The position numbers and the translations under genes are program-made. A DNA stretch of 64,000 nucleotides from Candidatus Collierbacteria bacterium GW2011_GWA2_42_17 (GTDB lineage: Bacteria; Patescibacteriota; Microgenomatia; UBA1400; MFAQ01), in NCBI GenBank assembly GCA_000998275.1, contig LCDA01000003.1, positions 1,596 through 65,595 on the forward strand, read 5' to 3'. The notes beneath the pieces were generated by a model. The model was not told the origin of the DNA and did no database searches. It saw only the letters and a list, made by a program, of their open reading frames with translations. This document shows, piece after piece, positions 18,151 to 27,943 of this stretch; the stretch's first letter is position 1; the number at the start of each line of letters is the position of its first letter.

Positions 18151-18710
18151 GGGAAGGATTTTCCAATGAGCCTTTTTGCAACTTCAAAGCTGATTTCTGG
18201 AAAGATGTTGGAGGCAAATTCGTGTCCCGTGTCAAAGTAATCGTCTCTGGTAAATGGTCTTTCTAATAGATATCTTAAAATCAGCCTCCCGGTGATGTCT
18301 CTTAACAGTAGATCCTTCGTAATATCCAGATGCTCTCTAACGTGTTGGATATAAAGAAGGATTCCTGGGTTCGAATCTGGCAAAAAGAGATCTTTTACGG
18401 CTTCGTCTTTTGAGTTGGTGACGAGGTACGCCCCAGTAGCCAGTATGGTATCAAAGAGATATCGGTAACCCAGGATTAGGAGTTTGAGATCAACCATGGT
18501 GGTGCCAAAGTTACTAACGATTTTCGATTGTTCGGGCACGAGATTGTTTTCGATATGGAACGCCATCATGTGGATCGTTTCAAGACAAACAGCTATTGTA
18601 GGAGGAATACCTTTGTTGATGTCTCCCATAACGCTGTCACTAATACTCTCAACATCGTAAAAGGGGATAAAAGGGGAACCAGTGTAATAGTACTTGGCTG
18701 TGGGTGACAT
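18147..18710 (-). CDS. Hypothetical protein
   Basis: 187-aa ORF overlapping the next gene by 4 nt (operon). No recognisable motif. Confidence 0.45.
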   Translation of the reverse strand: MSPTAKYYYTGSPFIPFYDVESISDSVMGDINKGIPPTIAVCLETIHMMAFHIENNLVPEQSKIVSNFGTTMVDLKLLILGYRYLFDTILATGAYLVTNSKDEAVKDLFLPDSNPGILLYIQHVREHLDITKDLLLRDITGRLILRYLLERPFTRDDYFDTGHEFASNIFPEISFEVAKRLIGKSFP

Positions 18711-18799
18711 TTACCTCTCCTTGAAACCAGGATTGTGAAAGTACTTTAGTGGATTATAAGCTGAGAGATTCCTCGTGTAAAGGGGACTCAGGCAGGAGG

Positions 18800-20146
18800 C
18801 TAATCAATTCTTTTCTTTTTAGAAAAAGAAATAGCGCGAATGGTTTTATGTGTGCCTGGAGAGAAAATTTTGTCGTAACCTAAGGATTTGGCTTCTTTGA
18901 GCATTTTATCGGAGAAACCAACCTTGCGAATCTCTCCCAGTAGCCCAAGCTCGCCAAAGCAAATGGAGTTTTCGGGGAGAGGGGTGTCTTTGGCTGAAGA
19001 GATGATGGCAAGGGCGATACCGAGGTCAGCTCCAGGGTCTTTGATGTCTAGACCCCCGGTGACGTTGACAAAAACATCTTTTTCACCGATGGGAAGGTGA
19101 AGATGCTTGGTGAGAATGGCGCAGATAAGCTGGAGACGGTTGGTGGAGATACCTTTGGCAATTCGGCGGGGAATGGGGAGGGGAGAAGAGACGACAAGAG
19201 CTTGTATCTCAACAGTAAGAGGTCTGGTTCCTTCCATAATCATGGTGAGACAGGATCCTGGAGCATTTTTAATGCGACCTTCCAGAAGAATTGCCCCCGG
19301 ATCTTTGACTTCTTCTAGGCCACTGCCGGTCATTTGAAAGATACCGGTTTCATCGGTTGGGCCAAAGCGGTTTTTTATAGTCCTAAGCAAGCGCAAAAGG
19401 TGCTGTCTATCGCCATTTAATTCAAGAACTGTATCAACCATGTGTTCAAGCATTTTTGGTCCGGCAATGTTGCCATCTTTGGTAACATGACCAACTATTA
19501 TGAGGGGAGTTGAGTGTTCTTTAGCGGTTTGGATGAGTAATGAAGCGCTATCTCTTATTTGGGACGGAGATCCGGGAGTAGTGACGTTTTGGTTGGTGTA
19601 AACAGACTGAATGGAGTCAATAATAATGAGGGAGTTGGGGTTTTTGGCGATGGTTTCGCAGACACTATCGACAAGGGAGGTATTTAAAAGGTGAATATGG
19701 GGAGTTTCTTTCTTGCTGAGACGTTTGATTCTGGTAGCGACTTGAGCCGGGTTTTCTTCCGAACAGACGTAGTAAACATCATTGGGAACAGAGATGGCTA
19801 GTTGGGTCAGCAGAGTAGATTTGCCGATACCAGGTTGACCGGCAAGCAGGTAGACACCACCACGGGTGATTCCGGGACCAAGAACGCGGTCAAACTCGCT
19901 AATTCCAGTAGAGAGGGTGTAACCTTCTTGGGAAGTGAGAGCGTCTTTGACCGAGAAAGACTCGACGGATTTGGTGGAGATTTTTTTGGCACCGCCCCTT
20001 GGGGTCTTTAAGAAAGGGGTGGCCTCGACAAGAGTGTTCCACTCATGGCAAGTGGGGCACTGACCAGACCACTTGGCAAACTCGTTGCCGCAGCTATTAC
20101 AGAAAAAAACGGTAGTGGACTTGGACATTCTATCTTTAATATACAC
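18800..20146 (-). CDS. radA: DNA repair protein RadA/Sms
   Basis: N-terminal C4 zinc finger (FFCNSCGNEFAKWSGQCPTCHEWNT), Walker A LAGQPGIGKST, the KNRFG motif, and a Lon-protease-like C-terminal domain. Confidence 0.95.
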   Translation of the reverse strand: MYIKDRMSKSTTVFFCNSCGNEFAKWSGQCPTCHEWNTLVEATPFLKTPRGGAKKISTKSVESFSVKDALTSQEGYTLSTGISEFDRVLGPGITRGGVYLLAGQPGIGKSTLLTQLAISVPNDVYYVCSEENPAQVATRIKRLSKKETPHIHLLNTSLVDSVCETIAKNPNSLIIIDSIQSVYTNQNVTTPGSPSQIRDSASLLIQTAKEHSTPLIIVGHVTKDGNIAGPKMLEHMVDTVLELNGDRQHLLRLLRTIKNRFGPTDETGIFQMTGSGLEEVKDPGAILLEGRIKNAPGSCLTMIMEGTRPLTVEIQALVVSSPLPIPRRIAKGISTNRLQLICAILTKHLHLPIGEKDVFVNVTGGLDIKDPGADLGIALAIISSAKDTPLPENSICFGELGLLGEIRKVGFSDKMLKEAKSLGYDKIFSPGTHKTIRAISFSKKKRID

Positions 20147-20257
20147 GACAAAGGGGGAGACCTGTAGGGGGTATATTTGAGGCTAAAAATAGTATAGGGT
20201 ATGGTTAAAATCGGCTATAGGTTGATATGCTTGACAGAGTGTGATATATTTTCAGAT

Positions 20258-20537
20258 AGATCCAGTAAATTTAAAAACTAATGATAAATCTGCTCATCAA
20301 ATTAGTGAACTCTCGTAAAAAATCGGTTCGTGTTAACCGTAGTTTTGGCCGTAGAGCCGTGTCTTTTCAGATTGCCAAAATGGGTAGAATGGGCCAGCAG
20401 TTGGTGGTGGCCAGCCGATAAAACCGGATAAACCTTAAAATTTTGAACTTTGGATAAGTGAGTTTTTTTAGCCTTAAATCGAGGCAAGAAAAAAGCATTA
20501 CTACCGTAGCCTAACTCGAATAGCAATGCTTTTTTGC
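20258..20537 (+). ncRNA. Candidate small RNA or structured leader, unclassified
   Basis: Extended -10-like TGaTATATT at 20242-20250. There is no credible ORF (the 89-aa ORF on the opposite strand has poor composition). It ends in a 15-bp stem hairpin at 20489-20535 with U-tracts on both sides. A second large hairpin + T-tract lies at 20617-20682. Confidence 0.25.
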
Positions 20538-20715
20538 AGTGGTTAATGAAAGGACAGTTTCCATCAACCACCTACAGATTAACACTACAAAAATTTACTG
20601 TCAACTAGAACAAAAGGCCTCAGAGTTGGGAGTGATGACGAGTTGGGCAGGCACGTCATCACCCCAGTTGTGAGGCTTTTTGTTGACTAGTTAATTTTGT
20701 TTGAGGAGGAAATAA

Positions 20716-20937
20716 ATGGACAATAAGTGGTGGAAGTATTTGGTTTTTGAGGTTTTCGCTGGTAAGGTAATAAGGGCTCAAAGTACAGATGCGGTTTTAA
20801 ACCAAAGGTTAATAGAGCTGCCGGCTTTTGAGGCGATGACTTGTGTTGGTATTTGTGGTTGGGAGTTGGTAAGTGTGTTGCCTATCGATGGACATCCTGA
20901 TCAGTATGGGATGTATTACTTTAAGAGTTTGGATTGA
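20716..20937 (+). CDS. DUF4177-like small protein
   Basis: 73 aa with a strong SD (gaggagg, 7 nt upstream). W-KY-VFEV...GWELVSVLP...YYFK pattern typical of DUF4177. Confidence 0.5.
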   Translation: MDNKWWKYLVFEVFAGKVIRAQSTDAVLNQRLIELPAFEAMTCVGICGWELVSVLPIDGHPDQYGMYYFKSLD

Positions 20938-20946
20938 GAGGTTTAC

Positions 20947-20972
20947 CCCCGGTATTTTACCGGGGTTTTTAT
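20947..20972 (+). terminator. Intrinsic terminator
   Basis: ccccggt-atttt-accgggg followed by ttttt. Confidence 0.65.
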
Positions 20973-20975
20973 TAT

Positions 20976-23900
20976 CTACTCGTCTTTGGTTTGGTAGCGA
21001 TTGAGGGTGAGGAAAATGACGAGAGCAATGATAGGGGCGAGAACTAAAAGGGTGAGGCCAAAGAACTCAAGATACTGAGGAAGGTAGACAAGAATAAGGT
21101 TGGAGTTACCCTCCGGCAGATTCCAGGAGTTGTGCCACGAAGATGTACTGGTTGGGTCGAGTTTGGGTAAGAAAGGGGAGACAAAGGGAACGATGAGGGA
21201 AAGTAACCATGAGGGTGTTTGGGTGTCTGTTGGGGATACCTGGATGGCCTTCCAGGAGAACGATTGGGTCTGGTAGAGACTAAGTGAGCCTTGGCCACCT
21301 TCAATATTTGCGGTGTAAAGAAAAGGATAGGGATGGGTGGAGTTGGTGATTGTCGGTGAGGAGTCGGTGCTGAGAGAAGAGAGCGAGATGTCTTGGAGGA
21401 ACTGAAGAGGAATGGGACGAAGAGAGATGGACTTGATGAGATTTGAGGTAATACGATTGCCAAAAGACTGGTTATATATATGGAGAGTAAAGCCGGGAGC
21501 TTCGGAGAGGTTGGCGATGGGCTGGATGAGAGACTGGATTTGGTTGGTTTTGAGAAGACGCTCGTGGATGTCACAACGACGGGAGGAGTGATTTTCAAGA
21601 CAGACAGTCGGAGTGAGACCTTTTTGGAAACGGTAATCGAAGGAGATTAAATAGTTGAGGGAGTGAGGCAGATGACGAAGATTTAGAATATCGCATTCTG
21701 AGGCATTTTGACTTTGGTAGAGGAAACCATCTTTGGTCACTTGTTTGATCGTTTTACCATTGTTCCATTGATCACAGTTAAGACTTTCGGGAAAAAGACT
21801 GTTGGAATTTGGAGTCTCATTCATATCGAGTTCGGTGTCTGTTTGGAGAAGGGAAACCTGAAGGCGTTCAATCTTATTTTTAAGAACAATATTTTTCTGG
21901 GTGATGAGGGGGAGAGAGGCAGTAGAGGAGTAGATGAGGGGAAGAACACTGATCTCGATATTGTCGTAGTTGATTTCTTTGACGGTTCTGGTTTCTCCAG
22001 CTTCAAGAAGGAGATTGACCTGTTGGAGGGTTCCGGTTGAAGGGGTGAAGATGCGGGCACGGGAGGGTTTTTCTTTGGTTTCTAGGGGTTGGGGAAGACT
22101 TTGGGCGGAGAGATCCGACCCTGAGATATTGACACTAGCCAAGGTGAGAGTGGGTGAGGAGTAAGTAAAGGCGAGAGAGATGAGGTTACCTCGAGTGGTG
22201 TACGGAAGAGTGGCCGAGAGACAGCCAACAACGTCAGTGCCGATTAAAGAGATACCATTCTGGGTAGTGATTTTTTCGACTTTGCGATTTGGTCTTATTC
22301 TGTAACACTGCTCGGGGGTAGCTTCACCAAGTCTGTCGGTGAGGTCGTATGAGCCGATTTCGGAACTAGAGAAGAGAGAAACGGAGAAGGCATTGTGACT
22401 GGGGAGATAGACGGTAGTGAGGGGATAGAAATCGGAGAAACTATCAATCTCGGCCGGGAGCTGGAGTTCGAAGTAGTTTTTGTCCAACTCGAGAATGAAA
22501 CCGGTGCCGGTAGTTCCCGGGATGGTGAGGGTAAGGGGCTGGGTTTGGAGATCTATTTGGCTGTTGTCCAGGAAAATTGTGGGGATGATGGGGGTAAGAC
22601 GAAGATTGAGACTAGTGCCCAGTTTTTGGTACTCGATGCGGATGGGGAGAAGAGTTTCGGAAGTCGTAAGAGAGGGAATGATGAGAGTATCACCTTCGTT
22701 ACCGACTGCTGGTGAAGCGATGTTTAGGTATTCTCCCTTTTTGGTCCAGTCGGTATTGGGGCGAAGAGAGAGGGAGGCAAAAGGATGAGTGATGCCAACA
22801 GGGCTTTGAAGAGAGATGAAGTTTTGGGGTTTATCTTTCAAAGCAACTTGGTAGAGAGAGATTTTGTTGCCGAATTTTTGGTCCAGAGAAAATTTGGGAG
22901 AGCCGGTGACGTATTTTTTAAGGGTAAGCAGACCGGAGTCGGTAGCGTTTTCGGGAAGGGTTAAGTGTTCGTCAATGAGAATCCAGTTGATCGAGTATTT
23001 ATCGAGGATATTTTCAAAAGCGTTTTGGTTGTCGGAGTAGAGAGCGGTACTCATTTCCTCGTAGTATTTTTCGCTGTTTTTGTCCCAGGCGTCGAAGGCG
23101 CGATCCATCAGAGGTTGGCGAAGTCCATACCAAAGGAAGCCTGAACCACGATATCCCCAGTCATAACTTTCCCAACCCCAAAAGGAGAATTGGGGAAAGT
23201 TGGCCACACGAGTGGCTGTGTCTTGGGTTTTCATGTAGGCAAAAAGCTCAAAGTATTCCTGAGGTATTGGTTGGCGCATTGAGGGAGAGATGAGGTTACC
23301 GGAGAAGGCCGGAGACATAAAGAGAACGAGAGAAAAAGCGACGGTAAAGAGGGTAAGGTAGTAGGTTAGTCGGGTGTGAAGAAAAGAAAAAAGATCCAGT
23401 AGGAAGATGGTGCCGATGGAGAAGAAAAAGGAGTAAGCAAGAGAAAGAGGAATGGAAAACTTAGTGAAGGGAGAGCGGAAAAGTTCACCGATGAGGGGGA
23501 TTTTGTTGTTTACTAATAGACCACCTCCGAGAAGGAAAAAGAGACAGAGAACGAGAAGGGCAACAAAGGACTTGGTCCAGGCAAAACGCTTTTTAAAAGA
23601 GTAGTAGAGACCGGTAAGAACAAGAACGAAGGAGAGAAAACCAAGAAGACTGACGATGGAAATATCAAGATGACTGCGCCAGACGGAGAGGAGATAGGTG
23701 TATTTGTTGTCTTGGCCGAGGTCGAGGTAGTTGAAGAGATATCCCTTCATAAGGGCGGTGTCTTTGAGAGTGGCAAACTGGAGATTTCGGGCGTAGGTTT
23801 CGGGAGAAGAGAGAAGATTGTTTTTGGCTTGCTCGGGAACAGTGCCATTGGTGATGACAAAAAAAGCAACGGGAAGGAGCCAGAAGAGGTGAGGAATGAC

Positions 23901-24665
23901 GAGGGTAAAAAGGGAGAGAAGGGAGGTCTTGAGGTGTTGGGCTTTGTGTTTTTGTTGCTTTAAAAACTCGACAAAGAAAGGAAGAACGGCGACAAAGAAA
24001 ACCAGAAAAATGGTCTCGACATAAAAGGAGGGGGCGGAGAAAAAAGAGATTAAAAAGAGAACAAAGAGATTAATTTTGGTGGGTTTTTGAAGGTAGGTGA
24101 TGATGAAATACAAAAGCCAAGGAAGGGCACCGTAGAACCAAGTGAAAGTTTCGAAAGGGACGAAGAAAGTCTGGAGAGTGTTGAGATTAAGAAGATAGTA
24201 GAGGGCACCGAGAAAGGAAGCAAACTGAATGGTTTTGGCATCAAGTTTGCTTTTAAAAAGATGATTGTAGAAAAGAAGGTAAACCCCAAGAGGACCGAGA
24301 ACCAGGGGGAGGAAGGTGGTGATGTAGCGGATTAGGTCTGGGGTAAGTTTGGCGGCAAGAAGTAGGGCAGCAAACAAAACTCTGGGGAGATCGGCAGCGT
24401 GAGCCATGCCACCGAGAAGTCCGGGTCCGCGGTATTCCTGCCAGACGGAGAAGAGGGCTCTTTTAAGATTCTCGTCGATATCAAACTCGGGATGGAGATT
24501 GTCCCAGCCGGTGAGAAAAGTATTCGGCTCGAAGTTGAGAAAAATGAGGAGACCGGTAACAAAGAGGAGAGCGATGACGGGCCAGAGACGGGTGAGGAGC
24601 TTGCCCAGGTGACGAAGCTCTCGAAGGGGGAAGCGGTGTTTTGCTTTGGTAATATTCTTGGCCAC
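20976..24665 (-). CDS. Large polytopic membrane protein with extracytoplasmic C-terminal domain (GT-C-like glycosyltransferase or YfhO-like, tentative)
   Basis: 1229 aa. More than 12 N-terminal TM helices with an acidic first-loop motif (WDNLHPEFDIDEN). A long non-membrane domain of about 700 aa, then a C-terminal TM (LLVLAPIIALVIFLTL). The many S/P-rich ORFs in other frames are ignored. Confidence 0.55.
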   Translation of the reverse strand: MAKNITKAKHRFPLRELRHLGKLLTRLWPVIALLFVTGLLIFLNFEPNTFLTGWDNLHPEFDIDENLKRALFSVWQEYRGPGLLGGMAHAADLPRVLFAALLLAAKLTPDLIRYITTFLPLVLGPLGVYLLFYNHLFKSKLDAKTIQFASFLGALYYLLNLNTLQTFFVPFETFTWFYGALPWLLYFIITYLQKPTKINLFVLFLISFFSAPSFYVETIFLVFFVAVLPFFVEFLKQQKHKAQHLKTSLLSLFTLVIPHLFWLLPVAFFVITNGTVPEQAKNNLLSSPETYARNLQFATLKDTALMKGYLFNYLDLGQDNKYTYLLSVWRSHLDISIVSLLGFLSFVLVLTGLYYSFKKRFAWTKSFVALLVLCLFFLLGGGLLVNNKIPLIGELFRSPFTKFSIPLSLAYSFFFSIGTIFLLDLFSFLHTRLTYYLTLFTVAFSLVLFMSPAFSGNLISPSMRQPIPQEYFELFAYMKTQDTATRVANFPQFSFWGWESYDWGYRGSGFLWYGLRQPLMDRAFDAWDKNSEKYYEEMSTALYSDNQNAFENILDKYSINWILIDEHLTLPENATDSGLLTLKKYVTGSPKFSLDQKFGNKISLYQVALKDKPQNFISLQSPVGITHPFASLSLRPNTDWTKKGEYLNIASPAVGNEGDTLIIPSLTTSETLLPIRIEYQKLGTSLNLRLTPIIPTIFLDNSQIDLQTQPLTLTIPGTTGTGFILELDKNYFELQLPAEIDSFSDFYPLTTVYLPSHNAFSVSLFSSSEIGSYDLTDRLGEATPEQCYRIRPNRKVEKITTQNGISLIGTDVVGCLSATLPYTTRGNLISLAFTYSSPTLTLASVNISGSDLSAQSLPQPLETKEKPSRARIFTPSTGTLQQVNLLLEAGETRTVKEINYDNIEISVLPLIYSSTASLPLITQKNIVLKNKIERLQVSLLQTDTELDMNETPNSNSLFPESLNCDQWNNGKTIKQVTKDGFLYQSQNASECDILNLRHLPHSLNYLISFDYRFQKGLTPTVCLENHSSRRCDIHERLLKTNQIQSLIQPIANLSEAPGFTLHIYNQSFGNRITSNLIKSISLRPIPLQFLQDISLSSLSTDSSPTITNSTHPYPFLYTANIEGGQGSLSLYQTQSFSWKAIQVSPTDTQTPSWLLSLIVPFVSPFLPKLDPTSTSSWHNSWNLPEGNSNLILVYLPQYLEFFGLTLLVLAPIIALVIFLTLNRYQTKDE

Positions 24666-24772
24666 AAATTAGTTTAACATTTTCAATATATTCTTAGGCT
24701 CATTATCTTATAGATTGACATTACAGGTAGTTAGACCCCTTCCTTTTTTATGAGTTAGAATATATTTACAAA

Positions 24773-26029
24773 ATGATTGATGATGGTCAAATTAAAGTTG
24801 AACAAATTGCACACGAATATGAAAGTGTGTATCGGGAAAATAACTTAACCGACTCACTTGGGGATATTGTTTTTATTGCTGAAGAAGAGAGACGGAGTGC
24901 AATTGAGAGATATGGAAAACTTCCAAGTCCAAAAATAGCATCTCTAAAAGCCTATGTGGTTTATTGTATTCGAAAAAAAATAATTACCGATATTGGGGAA
25001 AAAACAATTGAAAAAGTTTCTATAGATAGTAGTAATCCTGTTTCGGCATCTTTAGCAGAATTGTTACAATCGACTCCAAAAAGTTTACTGGAGAATACAG
25101 CTGAAGAATTGTTTGTAAAATTGCCTTTTAGTGAGCGGAAAAAATATTGGAAAACTAAGGAACATTTGTTTGCAGACTTTGAGAAGAAATATTTGAAGGT
25201 GGTCGACTCGAAAAATATTATGGCAATAAAAAAAGGCTATAGAGACTTTGTTGAGTTTAATTTAATAAATGACAAAATTCCTAAGAAAGCCTTTCAGTTT
25301 TTTTTGGCCAATTTAGATAAATACATTGAGTATTGTAACGAGCAAGTGAAAGAAATTGTGGTAAAGAAAGATGAATTTTTTAGTGAGTATTCTTCGGCAC
25401 CTTGTTATATTTGTGCTCAGGAATTTTTGAAAGTTAACTCCGCAGATGAACTATTGGAGTTGATGGCTGTTGATTATCCAGTGTTGAGAAAGAACAAAAA
25501 GAAAATACAAGTTTCTTTGGGAGATGGAGCAGCGACGAAGTATATAACGGAGACAGATTCTTTTTTGGTGACAGTTCGAAAGAAGGTTAATTCAAGGCAT
25601 CAAATTTTGGATTTAATACATGAATTCAGTCATGTAATTTTAATGATGGAGGGCATGAATAAAGGTGCTGATTATTTAGGACAGGGAAGATATCTTCAGG
25701 AAAAGAGTGTGTCGGAAATTGTGTTGAGATTATTGAAAAAATATTCTCTAAAAGTCTACAAGGCATATTTGGGAAACAAACTGATTGATTTACAGATTGC
25801 TCTGTTTGAGTTGGAAGTTTACCGTAATACCCAAAAAAAATTACCGGAGCTGAGTGCGGAGATTTTTAACAAGTGTTTTCTTGGTGCTAACCAAGAGGAA
25901 AACCCCCTATTTATGCTGAATACTTACCTACTATTTGGACCCCTAAAATCTTTATTGTATGCGGTTGTGGATGTCGAAACAGTAATGTCCTCAGCCAACA
26001 AATTGGCACCTCTAGCGCTGAAAGTATAG
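24773..26029 (+). CDS. Hypothetical protein with HExxH motif (possible zincin-like metallopeptidase)
   Basis: 418 aa. DLIHEFSHVILMMEG contains HEFSH with a downstream Glu-rich segment. Ends at TAG 26027-26029, with an in-frame open continuation (see findings). Confidence 0.5.
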   Translation: MIDDGQIKVEQIAHEYESVYRENNLTDSLGDIVFIAEEERRSAIERYGKLPSPKIASLKAYVVYCIRKKIITDIGEKTIEKVSIDSSNPVSASLAELLQSTPKSLLENTAEELFVKLPFSERKKYWKTKEHLFADFEKKYLKVVDSKNIMAIKKGYRDFVEFNLINDKIPKKAFQFFLANLDKYIEYCNEQVKEIVVKKDEFFSEYSSAPCYICAQEFLKVNSADELLELMAVDYPVLRKNKKKIQVSLGDGAATKYITETDSFLVTVRKKVNSRHQILDLIHEFSHVILMMEGMNKGADYLGQGRYLQEKSVSEIVLRLLKKYSLKVYKAYLGNKLIDLQIALFELEVYRNTQKKLPELSAEIFNKCFLGANQEENPLFMLNTYLLFGPLKSLLYAVVDVETVMSSANKLAPLALKV

Positions 26030-26290
26030 GCAGCACTAGTTCGTTGTATCGATGACAAGATAGTGGTTATTCCTGTTGGAGAAACTATTACCGATGAAGA
26101 GATCGAGAAGTTAACGGAGTTTCAGGAGAAGTGGTTTAAACACGAGATTGTGAGATAAGTTTTGAATTATGACTTCATGGTGGAAATGAGGGGTTCTTTG
26201 GTGGTGATTATTTGAAGAGCATCCCGAAACCTTTTTCCGAGAAATCATTAATTGAAATATAAAATTATTACGGAGTGAGTTGGTCTTGAT

Positions 26291-27127
26291 TTGAGGGGGA
26301 ATATACCTAATAATGGAGGGATAGTTTCCAAGAATGAATTTATGAGATTTGCCACATATACAAAGACGGCGGTGTTGGGGTTTTTACAGGTAGCCAATTA
26401 CCGGACTGAGGTATGGTTTCAGGTGTTTGCAAAGATATTGGTTTTTGCCGGAATCGTTTTGTTTTGGAGTGTGGTGGGCACCGGTAATACAGGGCAGACA
26501 TATTATCAGCTGATTGCGTATTTTTTGGTGGCCAATGGAGCACGAGAGCTCATTGATGCATTGTACGGAAAGTTTGGTAGTACGATAATTGATGATATAA
26601 AAGATGGAAAGATTAGTTCTTATTTGTTGCAACCAACACACACCGTAATTTTTATGTACTTTAAACATTTTGGGACAAGAGGTGTAACAATTGTTTTTTC
26701 TATTTTATATATTATCGTGGGAATTGTTCTGGCACCACCAACTTCTCTCGTGGCAGGACTATTATTTTTGGTAGTTGTCGGGTCGGGAGCGATAATTTGT
26801 TTTTCTCAGAGTACGATTGTTGGCTGCGGTGCTTTTTGGATGACTGAGGCTAAGGGAATTAAAAATGTGGTGAACCATATTTCTAAAGTATTTAGTGGAG
26901 CTATGATTCCTTTGACGTTTTTTCCAATTGCCTATCAAACATCGGTGATGCTTTCGCCATTTGCTTCTTACGCTTATCTTCCGGCAACGTTGATGCAAAC
27001 TAAAACTGTTGACTCGTTTGTTTTTTTACAAGTGGGAGTGTCAATTGGTTGGGCAGTGATTTTGCTGTTTTTGAGCAGGCTGGTTTGGAGAAAGGGGGTA
27101 AAACGATATGAAGCGATTGGAATTTAA
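26291..27127 (+). CDS. ABC-2 family transporter permease
   Basis: Six-TM profile and the conserved pattern of ABC-2 (DUF990-type) permeases. TTG start with a GGAG 11 nt upstream; an alternative ATG at 26342. Confidence 0.65.
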   Translation: MRGNIPNNGGIVSKNEFMRFATYTKTAVLGFLQVANYRTEVWFQVFAKILVFAGIVLFWSVVGTGNTGQTYYQLIAYFLVANGARELIDALYGKFGSTIIDDIKDGKISSYLLQPTHTVIFMYFKHFGTRGVTIVFSILYIIVGIVLAPPTSLVAGLLFLVVVGSGAIICFSQSTIVGCGAFWMTEAKGIKNVVNHISKVFSGAMIPLTFFPIAYQTSVMLSPFASYAYLPATLMQTKTVDSFVFLQVGVSIGWAVILLFLSRLVWRKGVKRYEAIGI

Positions 27128-27938
27128 GAAGAGTATAAAACTTCGTTGGAAGATTATTTCTTCTTGTACGATGTTTGGTTTTAAAGAGTCGATGGCTTAT
27201 TCACTAAATAACTGGGGTAATTTATTGTCGATGATCGTTTACATGATTACCTATTTGATTTTCTTAGATGTACTTTTTGGAAGGGTGAAGATGATTGCAG
27301 GTTATGGTTATACGGAAATGCTCTTCTTTACCCTGATTGTTCAAATTAATTACTATCTATTATTTATTATTACTCAAGTTAACACAGAAAGACTTGATAC
27401 CAGTATTAACACCGGTGAGTTAGATCTGTGGCTTGTCAAGCCGGTGCCAGCGTTGTGGTTTGTGTCTTTCAGAAAGATTAATTTGGGTGAGCTATTATTT
27501 GGTGCTTTTCCGGCGACGATTCCATTGTTGGTAATATTGTCCGGAAAATGGAGCGTGTTAAATATGTCATTTGGGGGAGTAATGGCCGGGATTATTTTTA
27601 TCATTTTGGGTCAGATTATCATCCATTGTTTTGTATTTATGATTGCAATGACGGCCTTTTTTACAGGAGAGGGGAAACATGCAAGAAACGTTGGGGTGGA
27701 GCTTTCGATATTTGGAGACTCAATTCCCCTTGAAGGATATCCAAAGTTTTTGAAATATATTGGACTTACAATTGTTCCCTTTTTGGTACATACGGCTTTG
27801 GCAGTATCATTTTTCTTGGGTAAAAACACCAACTATTATTATCTTGTCTATGTCTTTGGTTTGGCAGTATTTTTCTTGTGGTTGAAAACGGTCGCTTGGA
27901 AATTTTCTTTAAAACATTATTCATCAGCATCATCATAA
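27108..27938 (+). CDS. ABC-2 family transporter permease (second subunit)
   Basis: Paralogous polytopic protein. GGGGG SD 8 nt upstream. Overlaps the previous gene by 20 nt. Confidence 0.65.
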   Translation: MKRLEFKKSIKLRWKIISSCTMFGFKESMAYSLNNWGNLLSMIVYMITYLIFLDVLFGRVKMIAGYGYTEMLFFTLIVQINYYLLFIITQVNTERLDTSINTGELDLWLVKPVPALWFVSFRKINLGELLFGAFPATIPLLVILSGKWSVLNMSFGGVMAGIIFIILGQIIIHCFVFMIAMTAFFTGEGKHARNVGVELSIFGDSIPLEGYPKFLKYIGLTIVPFLVHTALAVSFFLGKNTNYYYLVYVFGLAVFFLWLKTVAWKFSLKHYSSASS

Positions 27939-27943
27939 AAAAT

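Noticed and set aside
20300-20440. Possible RNase P RNA (P4-like pairing AAUCGGUU / AACCGGAU)
   Set aside because: The distance between the two strands is about 85 nt, far too short to hold the P5-P15 catalytic core. No other conserved RNase P nucleotides were found.
20302-20571. 89-aa minus-strand ORF in the radA upstream region
   Set aside because: It has no SD and odd composition, and spans predicted hairpin/terminator structures. The region is treated as non-coding or a candidate sRNA instead.
21044-24677. Many S/P/T-rich ORFs in alternative frames within 20976-24665
   Set aside because: These are shadow ORFs of the 1229-aa membrane protein gene. Their repetitive low-complexity translations and complete overlap argue against coding.
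26030-26158. TAG reassignment (alternative genetic code)
   Set aside because: Only one gene in the window shows an open continuation after TAG. The other genes terminate cleanly with TAA or TGA, and no in-frame internal TAG appears in conserved genes. A local mutation or readthrough is more parsimonious.
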